The notes: generated from the letters alone by a model not told the origin. A stretch of 32,000 nucleotides of DNA from Vibrio vulnificus CMCP6 (GCF_000039765.1 NC_004459.3:750001-782000); one strand, 5' to 3'. Positions 10,876-22,298 are shown, numbered from the stretch's first letter. Numbers and translations: made by a program.

Positions 10876-11066
10876 TATGCGCCTGCCTTCTCAGTCAAAA
10901 CAGTTTTCACACGTGCGATATCACGGCGTACAGCTTTCAGAGTATGAGTTTGCTGTAGTTGACCAGTTGCAGCTTGCATGCGCAAGTTGAACTGTTCACG
11001 TAGCAAATTCAATAGCTCAGAGTTAAGCTCTTCAACGCTCTTTTCGCGTAGATCTTGTGCTTTCAT
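10875..11066 (-). CDS. rpmC: 50S ribosomal protein L29
   Basis: The track ORF starts at a GTG one codon upstream (11069). The conserved L29 start [31 protein letters not shown] begins at ATG 11066-11064 and overlaps the rplP stop by 1 nt. Confidence 0.95.
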
Positions 11067-11476
11067 CACATCACCTGCTTAGTTACAAATGTAGTCTTGA
11101 ATGGCAGTTTGCGAGCCGCTAGGCGGAACGCTTCACGCGCCAATTCTTCAGGTACACCATCAACTTCGTACATAACCTTACCAGGTTGGATTTGGGCTAC
11201 CCAGTACTCAACGTTACCTTTACCCTTACCTTGACGAACTTCAAGTGGTTTTTCAGTGATCGGCTTGTCTGGGAACACACGGATCCAGATCTTACCTTGA
11301 CGCTTGATGTGACGCGTCATAGCACGACGTGCAGCTTCGATTTGACGAGCAGTCAAACGACCACGGCCAACAGCTTTAAGACCAAAAGAACCAAAGCTAA
11401 CTTCAGTACCTTTAGCTAGACCGCGGTTACGACCAGTATGAACCTTACGGAACTTAGTACGTTTAGGTTGTAGCAT
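11066..11476 (-). CDS. rplP: 50S ribosomal protein L16
   Basis: 136 aa. [35 protein letters not shown]. Confidence 0.97.
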
Positions 11477-11487
11477 CTGTCGACTCC

Positions 11488-12189
11488 TTACTTACGGCCT
11501 TTACGCTGCTTCTTAGGCTTGTCAGCCTTTGGCTCTGCAGCTTCAGTTGCTGCTGGCATACCGCCTAGGATCTCACCTTTGAAGATCCAAACTTTAATGC
11601 CGATTACACCGTATGTGGTGTGAGCCGAAGAAGTTGCGTAATCAATGTCTGCACGTAGAGTGTGTAGAGGCACACGGCCTTCACGGTACCACTCAGAACG
11701 TGCGATTTCAGCGCCGCCTAGACGACCGCTTACTTCCACTTTGATACCCTTAGCACCTAGACGCATTGCGTTTTGTACCGCACGCTTCATAGCACGACGG
11801 AACATTACACGACGCTCTAGCTGAGACGCGATGCTGTCACCAACAAGTTGCGCATCTAGTTCAGGCTTACGTACTTCAGCGATGTTAATTTGCGCTGGTA
11901 CACCTGCAATTTTCGCTACAGCTGTGCGTAGCTTCTCAACGTCTTCACCTTTCTTACCGATAACAACGCCTGGACGAGCAGTGTGAATAGTCACACGGAT
12001 GCTCTTAGCAGGACGCTCGATAACGATACGTGATAGAGACGCTTTTGAAAGTTCCTTAGTTAGGAACTGACGTACCTTGAAGTCGCCGTCTAGGTTGTCA
12101 GCGAAATCTTTGGTGTTAGCAAACCATGTAGCATTCCAAGGCTTAACGATGCCTAGACGAATACCATTAGGATGTACTTTTTGACCCAT
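11488..12189 (-). CDS. rpsC: 30S ribosomal protein S3
   Basis: 233 aa. [33 protein letters not shown]. Confidence 0.97.
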
Positions 12190-12207
12190 TGCTTACTCTC
12201 CTAGTCT

Positions 12208-12540
12208 CTAGCGATCTGCTACAACAACAGTGATGTGGCTTGAACGCTTCAAGATACGATCCGCACGACCTTTAGCACGAGGCATAATACGCTTCATGGT
12301 TGGGCCTTCATCTACAAAGATTTTTGCGACATTCAGATCGTCAATATCTGCACCTTCGTTGTGCTCCGCGTTAGCGATAGCAGACTCTAGAACTTTCTTA
12401 ACTAGTACAGCAGCTTTTTTGTTGCTGAAAGTTAGGATTTCAAGAGCTTGGTCAACAGATTTACCACGAATTAGATCCGCAACTAAGCGAGCTTTCTGAG
12501 GCGAAATGCGAGCAAAGTTATGTTTAGCAATAGCTTCCAT
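12208..12540 (-). CDS. rplV: 50S ribosomal protein L22
   Basis: 110 aa. [39 protein letters not shown]. Confidence 0.97.
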
Positions 12541-12550
12541 TATTTACTCC

Positions 12551-12841
<291 letters not shown>

Positions 12842-12850
12842 TTATATAGA

Positions 12851-13675
12851 TTACTTGTTACGACGACGTACGATGTACTTGTCAGTGCGTTTGTTGCTAC
12901 GAGTCTTGTAGCCTTTAGTTGGTACACCCCAAGGTGAAACTGGATGACGGCCACCAGAAGTACGACCTTCACCACCACCGTGTGGGTGATCTACTGGGTT
13001 CATTACCACACCGCGAACGGTTGGACGAACACCACGCCAGCGACTTGCACCAGCTTTACCAAGCTCACGAAGCATGTGCTCAGAGTTACCAACTTCACCG
13101 ATTGTTGCGCGACCTTCAGATAGAACTTTACGCATTTCGCCAGAACGTAGACGGATAGTTACGTAAGAACCATCACGAGCTACTAGCTGAGCGTAAGCAC
13201 CCGCTGAACGAGCCAACTGTGCACCTTTACCAGGAGTCAATTCAACACAGTGAATTGTAGAACCTACTGGGATGTTGCGCATTGGTAGAGTGTTACCCGC
13301 TTTGATCGGTGCATCAACACCAGATTGGATAACGTCACCAGCTTGCATACCTTTAGGTGCAATGATGTAACGACGCTCACCGTCTGCGTACAGAACTAGA
13401 GCGATGTTTGCGCTACGGTTTGGATCGTATTCTAGACGCTCAACTTTCGCTGGGATACCGTCTTTAGTACGTTTGAAGTCAACTACACGGTAGTGTTGTT
13501 TATGACCACCACCGATGTGACGTACTGTGATACGACCGTTGTTGTTACGACCACCGTTCTTAGAGTTTTTCTCTAGAAGAGGTGCGTAAGGCTTGCCTTT
13601 GTGTAGGTCAGCGTTAACAACTTTAACAACGTGACGACGACCAGCCGAAGTCGGCTTACATTTAACAATAGCCAT
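12851..13675 (-). CDS. rplB: 50S ribosomal protein L2
   Basis: 274 aa. [21 protein letters not shown]...[26 protein letters not shown]. Confidence 0.98.
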   Translation of the reverse strand: MAIVKCKPTSAGRRHVVKVVNADLHKGKPYAPLLEKNSKNGGRNNNGRITVRHIGGGHKQHYRVVDFKRTKDGIPAKVERLEYDPNRSANIALVLYADGERRYIIAPKGMQAGDVIQSGVDAPIKAGNTLPMRNIPVGSTIHCVELTPGKGAQLARSAGAYAQLVARDGSYVTIRLRSGEMRKVLSEGRATIGEVGNSEHMLRELGKAGASRWRGVRPTVRGVVMNPVDHPHGGGEGRTSGGRHPVSPWGVPTKGYKTRSNKRTDKYIVRRRNK

Positions 13676-13691
13676 TATTCAACTACTCCTG

Positions 13692-13994
13692 TTATTCCGC
13701 GCCGCCAACAAAGTCAAGATCTTGACCTTCTTTCAAAGTAACGTACGCTTTCTTCACGTCTGAACGACGGCCTTGGCGTAGACCTTGACGCTTGGTCTTA
13801 CCCTTAGTGATAAGAGTATTTACAGACTTAACTTCAACTTCAAATAGCTGTTCTACAGCTGCTTTGATCTCTTTCTTAGTTGCATCTTTAGCTACTTTGA
13901 AAACGATAGTGTTCGCTTTCTCAGCTGCCATAGTTGCTTTTTCAGAGATGTGCGGTGCACGTAGAACTTTTAGTAGACGCTCTTGAGTGATCAT
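13692..13994 (-). CDS. rplW: 50S ribosomal protein L23
   Basis: 100 aa. [40 protein letters not shown]. Its start overlaps the rplD stop by 4 nt. Confidence 0.97.
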   Translation of the reverse strand: MITQERLLKVLRAPHISEKATMAAEKANTIVFKVAKDATKKEIKAAVEQLFEVEVKSVNTLITKGKTKRQGLRQGRRSDVKKAYVTLKEGQDLDFVGGAE

Positions 13995-14593
13995 GCCAGC
14001 ATCTCCTCAACTTGCTTAACTGCATCAGCAGTCATTAGAACCTTGTTAAACGCGATTAGAGAAACTGGGTCAATACCAGCTACGTCACGTGCGTCAACTT
14101 TGTATAGGTTACGTGCAGCTAAGAATAGATTCTCGTCTACTTCGCCAGTTACGATAAGCACGTCGTTTAGCTCAAGTTCTTTAAGCTTAGCAACTAGCTC
14201 TTTCGTTTTTGGTGCTTCAACAGAGAAGTTATCAACAACGATTAGACGCTCTTGACGAACTAGCTCAGAAAGAATGCTCTTCATCGCACCACGGTACATT
14301 TTCTTGTTTACTTTTTGGCTGTGATCTTGTGGTTTCGCAGCAAAAGTAACACCACCTGTACGCCATAGTGGGCTACGGATTGTACCAGCACGTGCACGGC
14401 CAGTACCTTTTTGACGCCATGGCTTAGCACCACCGCCAGAAACTTCTGAACGTGTTTTTTGAGCACGAGTACCTTGACGAGCACCTGCTGCGTACGCAAC
14501 AACTACTTGATGAACAAGAGCTTCGTTGAACTCACGTCCGAAAGTAGCTTCGGAAACAGTTAGTGCAGCAGCACCTTTAACCATCAATTCCAT
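13991..14593 (-). CDS. rplD: 50S ribosomal protein L4
   Basis: 200 aa. [56 protein letters not shown]. Confidence 0.97.
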   Translation of the reverse strand: MELMVKGAAALTVSEATFGREFNEALVHQVVVAYAAGARQGTRAQKTRSEVSGGGAKPWRQKGTGRARAGTIRSPLWRTGGVTFAAKPQDHSQKVNKKMYRGAMKSILSELVRQERLIVVDNFSVEAPKTKELVAKLKELELNDVLIVTGEVDENLFLAARNLYKVDARDVAGIDPVSLIAFNKVLMTADAVKQVEEMLA

Positions 14594-14609
14594 TACTTAC
14601 TCCTAGACG

Positions 14610-15239
14610 TTATGCTTTAACAGCTGGTTTAACGATCACGTTACCGCCAGTTGCGCCAGGGACTGCACCTTTAATAAGAAGCAGATTGCGCTCAGCGTCA
14701 ACACGTACGATCTCTAGGTTTTGAGTCGTTACACGCTCAGCACCCATGTGACCTGCCATTTTCTTGCCTTTAAATACGCGACCTGGAGTCTGACATTGAC
14801 CGATAGAACCAGGAGCACGGTGAGACAATGAGTTACCGTGAGTCATATCTTGAGTGCGGAAGTTCCAGCGCTTAACAGTGCCTTGGAAACCTTTACCCTT
14901 AGATGTACCAGTAACGTCTACTTTTTTAACTTCGTTGAATAGCTCAACAGTTAGTTCTGAACCAACTGCAAACTCTTCGCCGTTTTCTAAACGGAATTCC
15001 CAAAGACCACGACCAGCTTCAACGCCAGCTTTAGCAAAGTGACCTGCTTCAGCTTTGTTTACGCGGTTAGCTTTCTTTGTACCAGCTGTAACTTGGATTG
15101 CTGCATAGCCGTCAGTCTCAAGAGTTTTCACTTGAGCAACACGGTTCGCTTCAACCTCAACAACAGTTACAGGGATAGAAACGCCTTCTTCAGTAAATAC
15201 GCGGGTCATGCCCACTTTACGACCGATTAGACCAATCAT
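14610..15239 (-). CDS. rplC: 50S ribosomal protein L3
   Basis: 209 aa. [34 protein letters not shown]. Confidence 0.97.
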   Translation of the reverse strand: MIGLIGRKVGMTRVFTEEGVSIPVTVVEVEANRVAQVKTLETDGYAAIQVTAGTKKANRVNKAEAGHFAKAGVEAGRGLWEFRLENGEEFAVGSELTVELFNEVKKVDVTGTSKGKGFQGTVKRWNFRTQDMTHGNSLSHRAPGSIGQCQTPGRVFKGKKMAGHMGAERVTTQNLEIVRVDAERNLLLIKGAVPGATGGNVIVKPAVKA

Positions 15240-15253
15240 TCTTCTAATCTCCC

Positions 15254-15860
<607 letters not shown>

Positions 15861-15888
15861 ATTATACAGATCACAGTTTTGCTTGCAA
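15861..15888 (-). promoter_or_regulatory. candidate S10-operon promoter (near-consensus sigma-70)
   Basis: Reverse strand: -35 TTGCAA (15888-15883), 16-nt spacer, -10 TATAAT (15866-15861). An A/T-rich UP-like tract (GATTATTTTTCAAAC) sits immediately upstream. Confidence 0.6.
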
Positions 15889-15924
15889 GGGCTGTTTGAA
15901 AAATAATCGGAGAAAGATTCAGAC

Positions 15925-16015
15925 GATTAAGATCCTCGCAACCTGGAGTAGCCGAGATACAACTCACCTCACTCAATACACATGGCAGATAAACACAATC
16001 GCTATAATGGAGCTC
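15925..16015 (+). repeat. decayed remnant of the hairpin-ended repeat family (copy 0), lacking both terminal hairpins
   Basis: GAGATACAACTCACC and CGCTATAATGGAGCTC resemble the internal GGAGATACACTCACC and the sub-terminal CGCTATACGATGGGTCC of the full copies. Aligned by eye only. Confidence 0.3.
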
Positions 16016-16039
16016 AATACCCTCCCCGTACCACCAGCC

Positions 16040-16214
16040 GTCATTCCCGTGTACACGGGAAACCATTTATCCACACACACCGAATCCTGCGTTAAAACAA
16101 AAGCTCACAACGGTAAAACGTACACAGGGCCATCAAACATTTACCGATAGTGAGGCAGTACGACCAACCCACGGTGCTTGCCGTATCATGGGGCTCCGCG
16201 TTCGCGGGGATGAC
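16040..16214 (+). repeat. hairpin-ended repeat, copy 1 (subfamily A body)
   Basis: Starts GTCATTCCCGTGTACACGGGAAACCAT and ends ATGGGGCTCCGCGTTCGCGGGGATGAC. 175 bp. Confidence 0.85.
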
Positions 16215-16291
16215 GAGCTTTGAGGCTATGGCATAGATAGGAGCACCCATCCTCTATCCGCATTCCTATCTCTCAGCCGCCTCCCCCTGCT

Positions 16292-16466
16292 GTCATTCCC
16301 GTGCACACGGGAAACCATTTATCCGCACACACCGAACCCTGCGTTAGAACAAAAGCTCGCAACGTTAAAACGTGCACAGGGTCATCAAACATTTACCGAT
16401 AGTGAGGCAGTACGACCAACCCACTGCGCTTTCCGTACCATGGGTCCCCGCGTTCGCGAGGATGAC
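16292..16466 (+). repeat. hairpin-ended repeat, copy 2 (subfamily A body)
   Basis: GTCATTCCCGTGCACACGGGAAACCAT ... ATGGGTCCCCGCGTTCGCGAGGATGAC. 175 bp, near-identical to copy 1. Its left end lies exactly 252 bp from that of copy 1. Confidence 0.9.
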
Positions 16467-16543
16467 GAGCTTTGAGGCTATGGCATAGATAGGAGCGCCC
16501 ATCCCCTATCCGCATTCCTAACTCTCAGCCACCTCCCCCTGCT

Positions 16544-16703
16544 GTCATTCCCGTGCACACGGGAAACCATTTATCCGCGCACGCTAGATGCCGCGTTTGG
16601 AGATACACTCACCACAACAGACAGCAAGAACAACGACAATGCAGTAGTAATACCTACCCTCCACGCTCGCCGTTCCATGGGTCCGCGCGACCGCGAGGAT
16701 GAC
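16544..16703 (+). repeat. hairpin-ended repeat, copy 3 (subfamily B body)
   Basis: Same left end. The right end is ATGGGTCCGCGCGACCGCGAGGATGAC. The body is of the type GATGCCGCGTTTGGAGATACACTCACCACAACAGACAGCAAG. 160 bp. Confidence 0.9.
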
Positions 16704-16782
16704 GAGATAAAAGAAGGAAAGAAAAAGCCGATCGAAGATCAACGCCAAAGAACAAAAACTCTGAACACCGCCTCCCCCTGCT

Positions 16783-16941
16783 GTCATTCCCGTGCACACG
16801 GGAAACCATTTATCCGCACACGCCAGATGCCGCGTTTGGAAATACACTCCCACAACAGACAGCAAGAGCAACGACAATACAGTAGTAATACCTACCCTCC
16901 ACGCTCGCCGCACCATGGGTCCCCGCGTTCGCGAGGATGAC
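16783..16941 (+). repeat. hairpin-ended repeat, copy 4 (subfamily B body)
   Basis: Canonical ends, 159 bp. This copy was used for the hand alignment of the termini (20/27). Confidence 0.9.
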
Positions 16942-17004
16942 GAGATTAAAGATGAAAAAGAAATGAATCGACCTAGAGCTCAAATATAAGTCAGAAGTGC
17001 TGGA

Positions 17005-17067
17005 AACTAGAGAGCTAGGATCTAGGAACTAGGAACTAGGAACTAGAAAACTAGAAAACTAGAAAGG
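17005..17067 (+). repeat. CTAG-rich 7-8-nt tandem microsatellite
   Basis: AACTAGAGAGCTAGGATCTAGGAACTAGGAACTAGGAACTAGAAAACTAGAAAACTAGAAAGG contains eight CTAG in about 60 bp. Confidence 0.9.
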
Positions 17068-17084
17068 CAACTGCAACTTAGCAC

Positions 17085-17115
17085 GAAAACAAAGGCCCTA
17101 GAGAACTAGGGCCTT
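17085..17115 (-). terminator. rho-independent terminator downstream of the SslE/AcfD-like gene
   Basis: Reverse strand: AAGGCCCTAG-TTCT-CTAGGGCCTT followed by TGTTTTCGT. A perfect 10-bp stem, a few nt after the stop at 17121. Confidence 0.75.
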
Positions 17116-17120
17116 GTCTA

Positions 17121-20100
17121 TTATCTTGATAACTGATTTATCGCTAATGGATCACGTTGTGGCTTAGGCAACTTGAGCTCTTTCACCTTGTCTAGCCCAC
17201 TTTGCGTAATCCCGCCTTCATACCTTGGTGTTGGGTCACCTGGGTAGAGAAACGCTTTAGACCCCGGATTCCACGCTTGGAAGAAAGCACTCAGATCCGT
17301 TTGAGCCGCATAAGAGGCGCAAAGCATCAACATGTCACTCTTTCCAAACCCTGACGCTTGGCATATGTTCTCACCTTTTAGCTCAGACAAACCCTCAGTC
17401 TTATTACGCGTTAATCGATGCATTAACTTAAAGAGGTTCCACCCTGTGACCCCTTCTTTTGAGCTGTAGTAACTTGGCAACTCATCGCCATACCACTGCT
17501 GAATATCAAATTCATTCTCAGCCCACTCTTTCAGTTGTGCAAACATCACTAAGCGTTCACCCGCACCGCCCGCGCCCCATGCATAGCCATTCTCCATACG
17601 CACAAAATCTGGCGCGATTCGGATATCTTGCTCAACGCGCGCCATTTTTCCTAAGTACTGATCCTGCATGTACAACGCCAGTAGGTTATTCACCACTTCC
17701 GTTGCGCCATCTACATTAAACGGTGCCTCTGCGGCGTTATGTCCAACCTCATGCCATAACAGCCAGCTGTTCAGTGGCGCTGTATTTAGACTTTGGCTCT
17801 TAGCATTAAAGCTCCCATTCATCACTGGGTAACCAGAGTGAGCCGCGCCAATACTGATCGCAACATCATTTACAAAGTGATGGCGATTATTAGGATTACT
17901 TGGACTGGTCGCTTGACGATTTAAGCGCCCTTCAACCCCTTCATCGCGAGCGTAAAAATCATTGAGATCCGCCGAAAAACGATCGAGATCCCGGGCGAAC
18001 TGTTCGATACCACCAGAGTAACCAGAAGCATTTAAGTTTGCTTTCGGGGCAGTAAAGATAAAGGTATCTGAAATCACCTCACCCATTGGCGCAGGAGAGC
18101 TCAGTGGATTTTGCCATTTGCCCTGTTTATACAGAGGCGCATCGACCGTGCCAGTAAACGTTAAGCTCACTTGCTCGCTATTGCCACCTTGGGCATAAAT
18201 CAAACCACCATAAGGAACGGTAAACTGCTGACTTGTGGCATGGCTGCCACCAATGACGAACGACTTGGTCATTCTTGGCGGGCGCTGCAAACCAAGCTCA
18301 TGTTTTTCGCGACCAGTTAAATCATCCGCCAAAGCGATAGTGATAGTGACGGGCGCTTCCTCCCCAGCCACCGATACCGTAAACGGCTGCTGCGCGACCG
18401 CCCACTGCCCTGTTGGCTGACGGTTGCCCGCAAACCATGCGGTCGTCAAATTACGCATATCCAAAGTAACATTGCGGCCACCCGCCCCTTCACCTGCTTC
18501 TCCGGGGAATGCACGGACATCCACCTTGATGTCTAAATCCCAAAAAGAGCGACCAAGCATTAATCGGGTTAACGGTTTTTCCATATAGTTGAGCGGGTAG
18601 CTAGGGTTCATTTGACCGGCATACTCACCAGCCTCATCACCATAGACCATGTTCAACCGGTTCAATTCAGATTTCACCTCTTCTGGGCAATGGGTATTAC
18701 CGCCTGCCACATCATTGGTGTAACAGTTTAAGAATTGGGTAAAACGCTGGAAACCTAACTCATCCTCACTGCTTGATTCGTAGCGATAATCGAGGTCGTT
18801 CCATAGCCAAACCGTCATATTCTGGTAAATACGGTTGAGATCAACACTGCTTAGACGCTCACCCACTTTCCCTTTGGTACGGAAATAGCGCTCATGCTGA
18901 TACAGCGCCTCAATATTGGTCCCTAAGTTAGCCGCTTTCACCATGGCTTGCGATTCAGCTTCACCAAGTTTGAGCTCAGTGTAATGAGGCACATGCATAC
19001 CCCCACCAGTGGGTATGCCGTTCCCTGGGCGGTATTCCAAACAGTTCACTTCATAATGAAATTGGCTATCGTGACACTCTTGATAAGCGGGTTCTCCGTC
19101 TACCAAGAAAGCGTTCAAAATACGTTGCTTTGCCTTGGCAAGGCTGTCTTGATCCAATATAGGCTGTTGATGTTCATCGACAACCACATGGCCCTCTTTA
19201 TCTTTGCGCCAATGCTGTGATTCATCAATAAAGGCGACGTTAATGATCGGGTTGCCATCTTTATCCAGTTTTGGCTCGCCATGCTCATCCAACTCAGGCC
19301 AACGTGCGATCTCTAGATTGGGTTTATCGTCTGGCTTGCCTTCTACTTGATATTGCCACTCAACCGAACCATCGTCGTTAATGGTGTACGGCAATACTGG
19401 TTTACCATCCGCGCCTTGTACCGCCGCATAGCGCTCCAATACCCAAATACCGTGCTGACGCTGATTGCGCGGGCGATCAGGATAACCGCCACTTGGTCCA
19501 TTGCCATTTGGCACCACACTTTGCCCCATGCCAAACGCGATGCCAGCACTATCGAGTAGCCGAGCAACTTCACCCGCGTTAGCACGATTGATGATGGTTT
19601 CCATCATCAAAACATTGCCACCACGATTCACGTAGTCGATGAGATCCGAGACATCTTGCTGGCTCAATTTAGGCTTATTGATATTGGCACTCATTGGCAG
19701 ATCGTAAGCGCCGATACCCGCATGACCTAAATACTCATACCCATTGATGATCACAACGGGCATCGCTTCAGGGTCAAGATAGCCAAAATCAGAGAGTTGC
19801 TCCGTTTTAGCCGCTAAACGAGGGTCGATAACAAAATCGGCCCGCTCGCCCATCACTTGACCATGACGCTTAAAGTAGACATAAGGAATATTGGTGCCAA
19901 CCGTCAGCTCTTGCGCTGATTTGCCGGTTAAATAACGCAGCGTGTTAGCAAAGAAGTTTGCCATGTCGTCAGTGTCGCTGGATTGCTTACACGAGCCATC
20001 TTGATTCACCCCGCCATTCCAACTAAAGCCATTCGGGCAAACCAACACACTGTTGTAGCGCGCGTTGCCCATCACCATCACTTTGCCTTTGCCCAACTCA

Positions 20101-21674
20101 CCAATGCTCATGAAAGGCAGATTGAAGGTCGCCGTTTCCGCCGACACTTTTTCTGGCACAACAGAAGAAGGGGCTTCGGTGATAAATGCCAGACCTTGCG
20201 CATCCCAAGCTTTCGGTTGACCAAAGTCGATCCAGTAATTGTTGTCGTTACGAGCCATCATGACCGGAAACGCGCTATTGGCAATATTCACCGCCGCCTG
20301 GCCACGTGCATTACCTGTACTCCCGTAGAAGTTGGTACTGTCATGGAACACATGGAAACGTTCTACTTTTTTCCATCCGGCTTGCTGCACTTGGTGAGTA
20401 GCCCCCCAAAGTTTTTGGATATCCGCTTGAATGCGGCTTGCTTGCGGATCGAGTGCGCCTTTAACCACTGGCAGCTCAAAGTTAGAGCGAGCAGATGGCT
20501 TGGCGAGCTGTTGATCGATATCCGCAGCGAGACCATGAGCAAATTGCTGTTCAAATTCACCCGGAACCAGTTGCGTTTGACCTCCCCCCACGTCAAGTAA
20601 CGTATCATCACTATTAAGCGACAAAGAGATCGCTTCATTGACCACGTTCGGATAGAGGGCAAAAACCTCCGTGACTTGTTGAGGAAGCGTTACTTTACTG
20701 TCAGTACGGTCGGCATAACGATGCACCAGTTTTTCAACGTTTTTCCCCTCATTTCCTTGAGCAAGTTCTGTTAGCTGGAAGGCCGTTTTGTTGCCACGTA
20801 TCTCACCCAGTTCAAACGTATCGATAGCAAAACTGATGTTTTCGCCCCAAGAGAATTCAAAGCGGCCATCACCGATCATATTTCCTTGCTTATCGACTCC
20901 AGTGACACCTCGACCATGAGCACTGAAATACGCAATACCATTGACAGGCAAACCTTGCTCATTAAGCAACTGTGCTTGAGTTAAGATAACTTCGCTCGGT
21001 TTATAAACCAGAGACTCTTCAGCACTTGCTGACACAAAACCACTCGTTAAGTCACTCGATGCGCCAGGCGTCACCGCCGGTGGAACATCGGGCACGTGCG
21101 TTGTAGGCTGCTTATCCACTTGGTTATCATTGCTCACTTTCTCGGTGATCAACGCTCGAAACTCATCAACAGGCATATCTAGGTTGTGGTCAAAATAATG
21201 TTCGAACGTGAGCGCATCGCGTGACGAAGACAAATCCAGCTCTATTGTATTGCCCTGAGTGCTACCGATGTTTTTAATCAGCGTTTGAATATTGCTCAAG
21301 CGTACTGGTGAAGCTTTGTATTCATCGGCTTGAGCCAGCGACAAGACTTCCACATTGACGGCACGACTGCGAGTTTGTTCCGCAACGTATGGGGTTGTGA
21401 AGGTTGCAAGTGTGCGACCTTGCACCATGCACACGACATCCTCTTTTTGAGGAACATCGAACTGATTTGCTGGCCCACCATTACACTCAATCGAACCACT
21501 CAACATCAAATGCCCATCCAAAGATAAGGCGCTGACGATGATCGGGTCATCAACCCCAATATCGGGCAGCTCTGGTTCAACCGTTGGAGGGAGAACGGGT
21601 GCAAGTACTCGATCTTCACTGCCACAAGCCACTAGCATAGAAGCAATCAAAAGCGACAAAAGGCTTCGTTTCAA
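17121..21674 (-). CDS. large surface/secreted lipoprotein, SslE(YghJ)/AcfD family, with an M60-like zinc-metallopeptidase domain
   Basis: - 1517 aa, with a TTG start (21674-21672) and AAGGA 8 nt upstream.
- Lipoprotein signal [17 protein letters not shown].
- Gluzincin motif [22 protein letters not shown] (HEVGH encoded at 17739-17753, about residue 1308).
- Size and architecture match my recollection of V. cholerae AcfD and E. coli SslE. Confidence 0.8.
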   Translation of the reverse strand: MKRSLLSLLIASMLVACGSEDRVLAPVLPPTVEPELPDIGVDDPIIVSALSLDGHLMLSGSIECNGGPANQFDVPQKEDVVCMVQGRTLATFTTPYVAEQTRSRAVNVEVLSLAQADEYKASPVRLSNIQTLIKNIGSTQGNTIELDLSSSRDALTFEHYFDHNLDMPVDEFRALITEKVSNDNQVDKQPTTHVPDVPPAVTPGASSDLTSGFVSASAEESLVYKPSEVILTQAQLLNEQGLPVNGIAYFSAHGRGVTGVDKQGNMIGDGRFEFSWGENISFAIDTFELGEIRGNKTAFQLTELAQGNEGKNVEKLVHRYADRTDSKVTLPQQVTEVFALYPNVVNEAISLSLNSDDTLLDVGGGQTQLVPGEFEQQFAHGLAADIDQQLAKPSARSNFELPVVKGALDPQASRIQADIQKLWGATHQVQQAGWKKVERFHVFHDSTNFYGSTGNARGQAAVNIANSAFPVMMARNDNNYWIDFGQPKAWDAQGLAFITEAPSSVVPEKVSAETATFNLPFMSIGELGKGKVMVMGNARYNSVLVCPNGFSWNGGVNQDGSCKQSSDTDDMANFFANTLRYLTGKSAQELTVGTNIPYVYFKRHGQVMGERADFVIDPRLAAKTEQLSDFGYLDPEAMPVVIINGYEYLGHAGIGAYDLPMSANINKPKLSQQDVSDLIDYVNRGGNVLMMETIINRANAGEVARLLDSAGIAFGMGQSVVPNGNGPSGGYPDRPRNQRQHGIWVLERYAAVQGADGKPVLPYTINDDGSVEWQYQVEGKPDDKPNLEIARWPELDEHGEPKLDKDGNPIINVAFIDESQHWRKDKEGHVVVDEHQQPILDQDSLAKAKQRILNAFLVDGEPAYQECHDSQFHYEVNCLEYRPGNGIPTGGGMHVPHYTELKLGEAESQAMVKAANLGTNIEALYQHERYFRTKGKVGERLSSVDLNRIYQNMTVWLWNDLDYRYESSSEDELGFQRFTQFLNCYTNDVAGGNTHCPEEVKSELNRLNMVYGDEAGEYAGQMNPSYPLNYMEKPLTRLMLGRSFWDLDIKVDVRAFPGEAGEGAGGRNVTLDMRNLTTAWFAGNRQPTGQWAVAQQPFTVSVAGEEAPVTITIALADDLTGREKHELGLQRPPRMTKSFVIGGSHATSQQFTVPYGGLIYAQGGNSEQVSLTFTGTVDAPLYKQGKWQNPLSSPAPMGEVISDTFIFTAPKANLNASGYSGGIEQFARDLDRFSADLNDFYARDEGVEGRLNRQATSPSNPNNRHHFVNDVAISIGAAHSGYPVMNGSFNAKSQSLNTAPLNSWLLWHEVGHNAAEAPFNVDGATEVVNNLLALYMQDQYLGKMARVEQDIRIAPDFVRMENGYAWGAGGAGERLVMFAQLKEWAENEFDIQQWYGDELPSYYSSKEGVTGWNLFKLMHRLTRNKTEGLSELKGENICQASGFGKSDMLMLCASYAAQTDLSAFFQAWNPGSKAFLYPGDPTPRYEGGITQSGLDKVKELKLPKPQRDPLAINQLSR

Positions 21675-21897
21675 GATGTCATCCTTCTTAAGAATACATT
21701 GAACAAGCAGACTTTCTTAATTAGCTCAAAACAAAAAAGAAAAGACGAAAGAACTGCAATTTACTTAATTTTAAAGCTCATTTTTTACAGTTCAATATTC
21801 TATATATGGATTCAAATTTGGGAAATAGAAATAAATCGCTACCTCCGAAAATGTGGCAGAGATAGAGATTTAGTAATAAAGAACCAGGGCACCAGCC

Positions 21898-22051
21898 ATC
21901 ATTCCCGTACTCACGAGAACTCATCCACACACCAGATACCACGTTTGGAAATGCTCTCACCGCAACAAACAACGAGAACAACGTCAATACAGTAGTAATA
22001 CCAACCCACAGCACTTGCCGTACCATGGGTCCCCGCGTTCGCGAGGATGAC
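21898..22051 (+). repeat. hairpin-ended repeat, copy 5 (subfamily B, decayed left end)
   Basis: The left end ATCATTCCCGTACTCACGAGAACTCAT no longer forms the palindrome. The right end ATGGGTCCCCGCGTTCGCGAGGATGAC is intact. 154 bp. Confidence 0.8.
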
Positions 22052-22136
22052 GAGATAAAAGACGGAAAGAATAAGCCGAGCTAAGATCAACAGCAAAGAA
22101 CAAAAAACTCAGCACATCGCCGCCACACCACCAACT

Positions 22137-22296
22137 GTCATTCCCGTGCACACGGGAAACCATTTGTCCGCACGCGCCGGATGTCGCGTTTGGAAACACA
22201 CTCGCCACAACAGACAACAAGAGCAACGACAATACAGTAGCAATACCTACCTACTACACTCGCTATACGATGGGTCCCCGCGTTCGCGAGGATGAC
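22137..22296 (+). repeat. hairpin-ended repeat, copy 6 (subfamily B)
   Basis: Canonical ends, 160 bp. By eye it is very similar to copy 4. Confidence 0.9.
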
Positions 22297-22298
22297 GA

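Noticed and set aside
17459-21527. ORFs in alternative frames on both strands inside the metalloprotease gene (17459..17719 +, 18235..18420 +, 18948..19220 +, 19343..19585 -, 19347..19559 +, 19983..20600 +, 20363..20662 -, 21296..21499 -, 21330..21527 +).
   Set aside because: They are fully contained in a 4.5-kb ORF that carries coherent signal peptide and catalytic motifs. They have no RBS and no recognisable domains. The 205-aa one is within the size expected by chance opposite a long gene.
21699-22232. Track ORFs in and next to array 2 (21699..21995 +, 21778..22026 -, 21911..22096 -, 21984..22232 -).
   Set aside because: Same reasoning as for array 1: repeat-derived, mutually overlapping, no RBS. 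The 5' part of 21699..21995 lies in the AT-rich promoter region of the metalloprotease gene.
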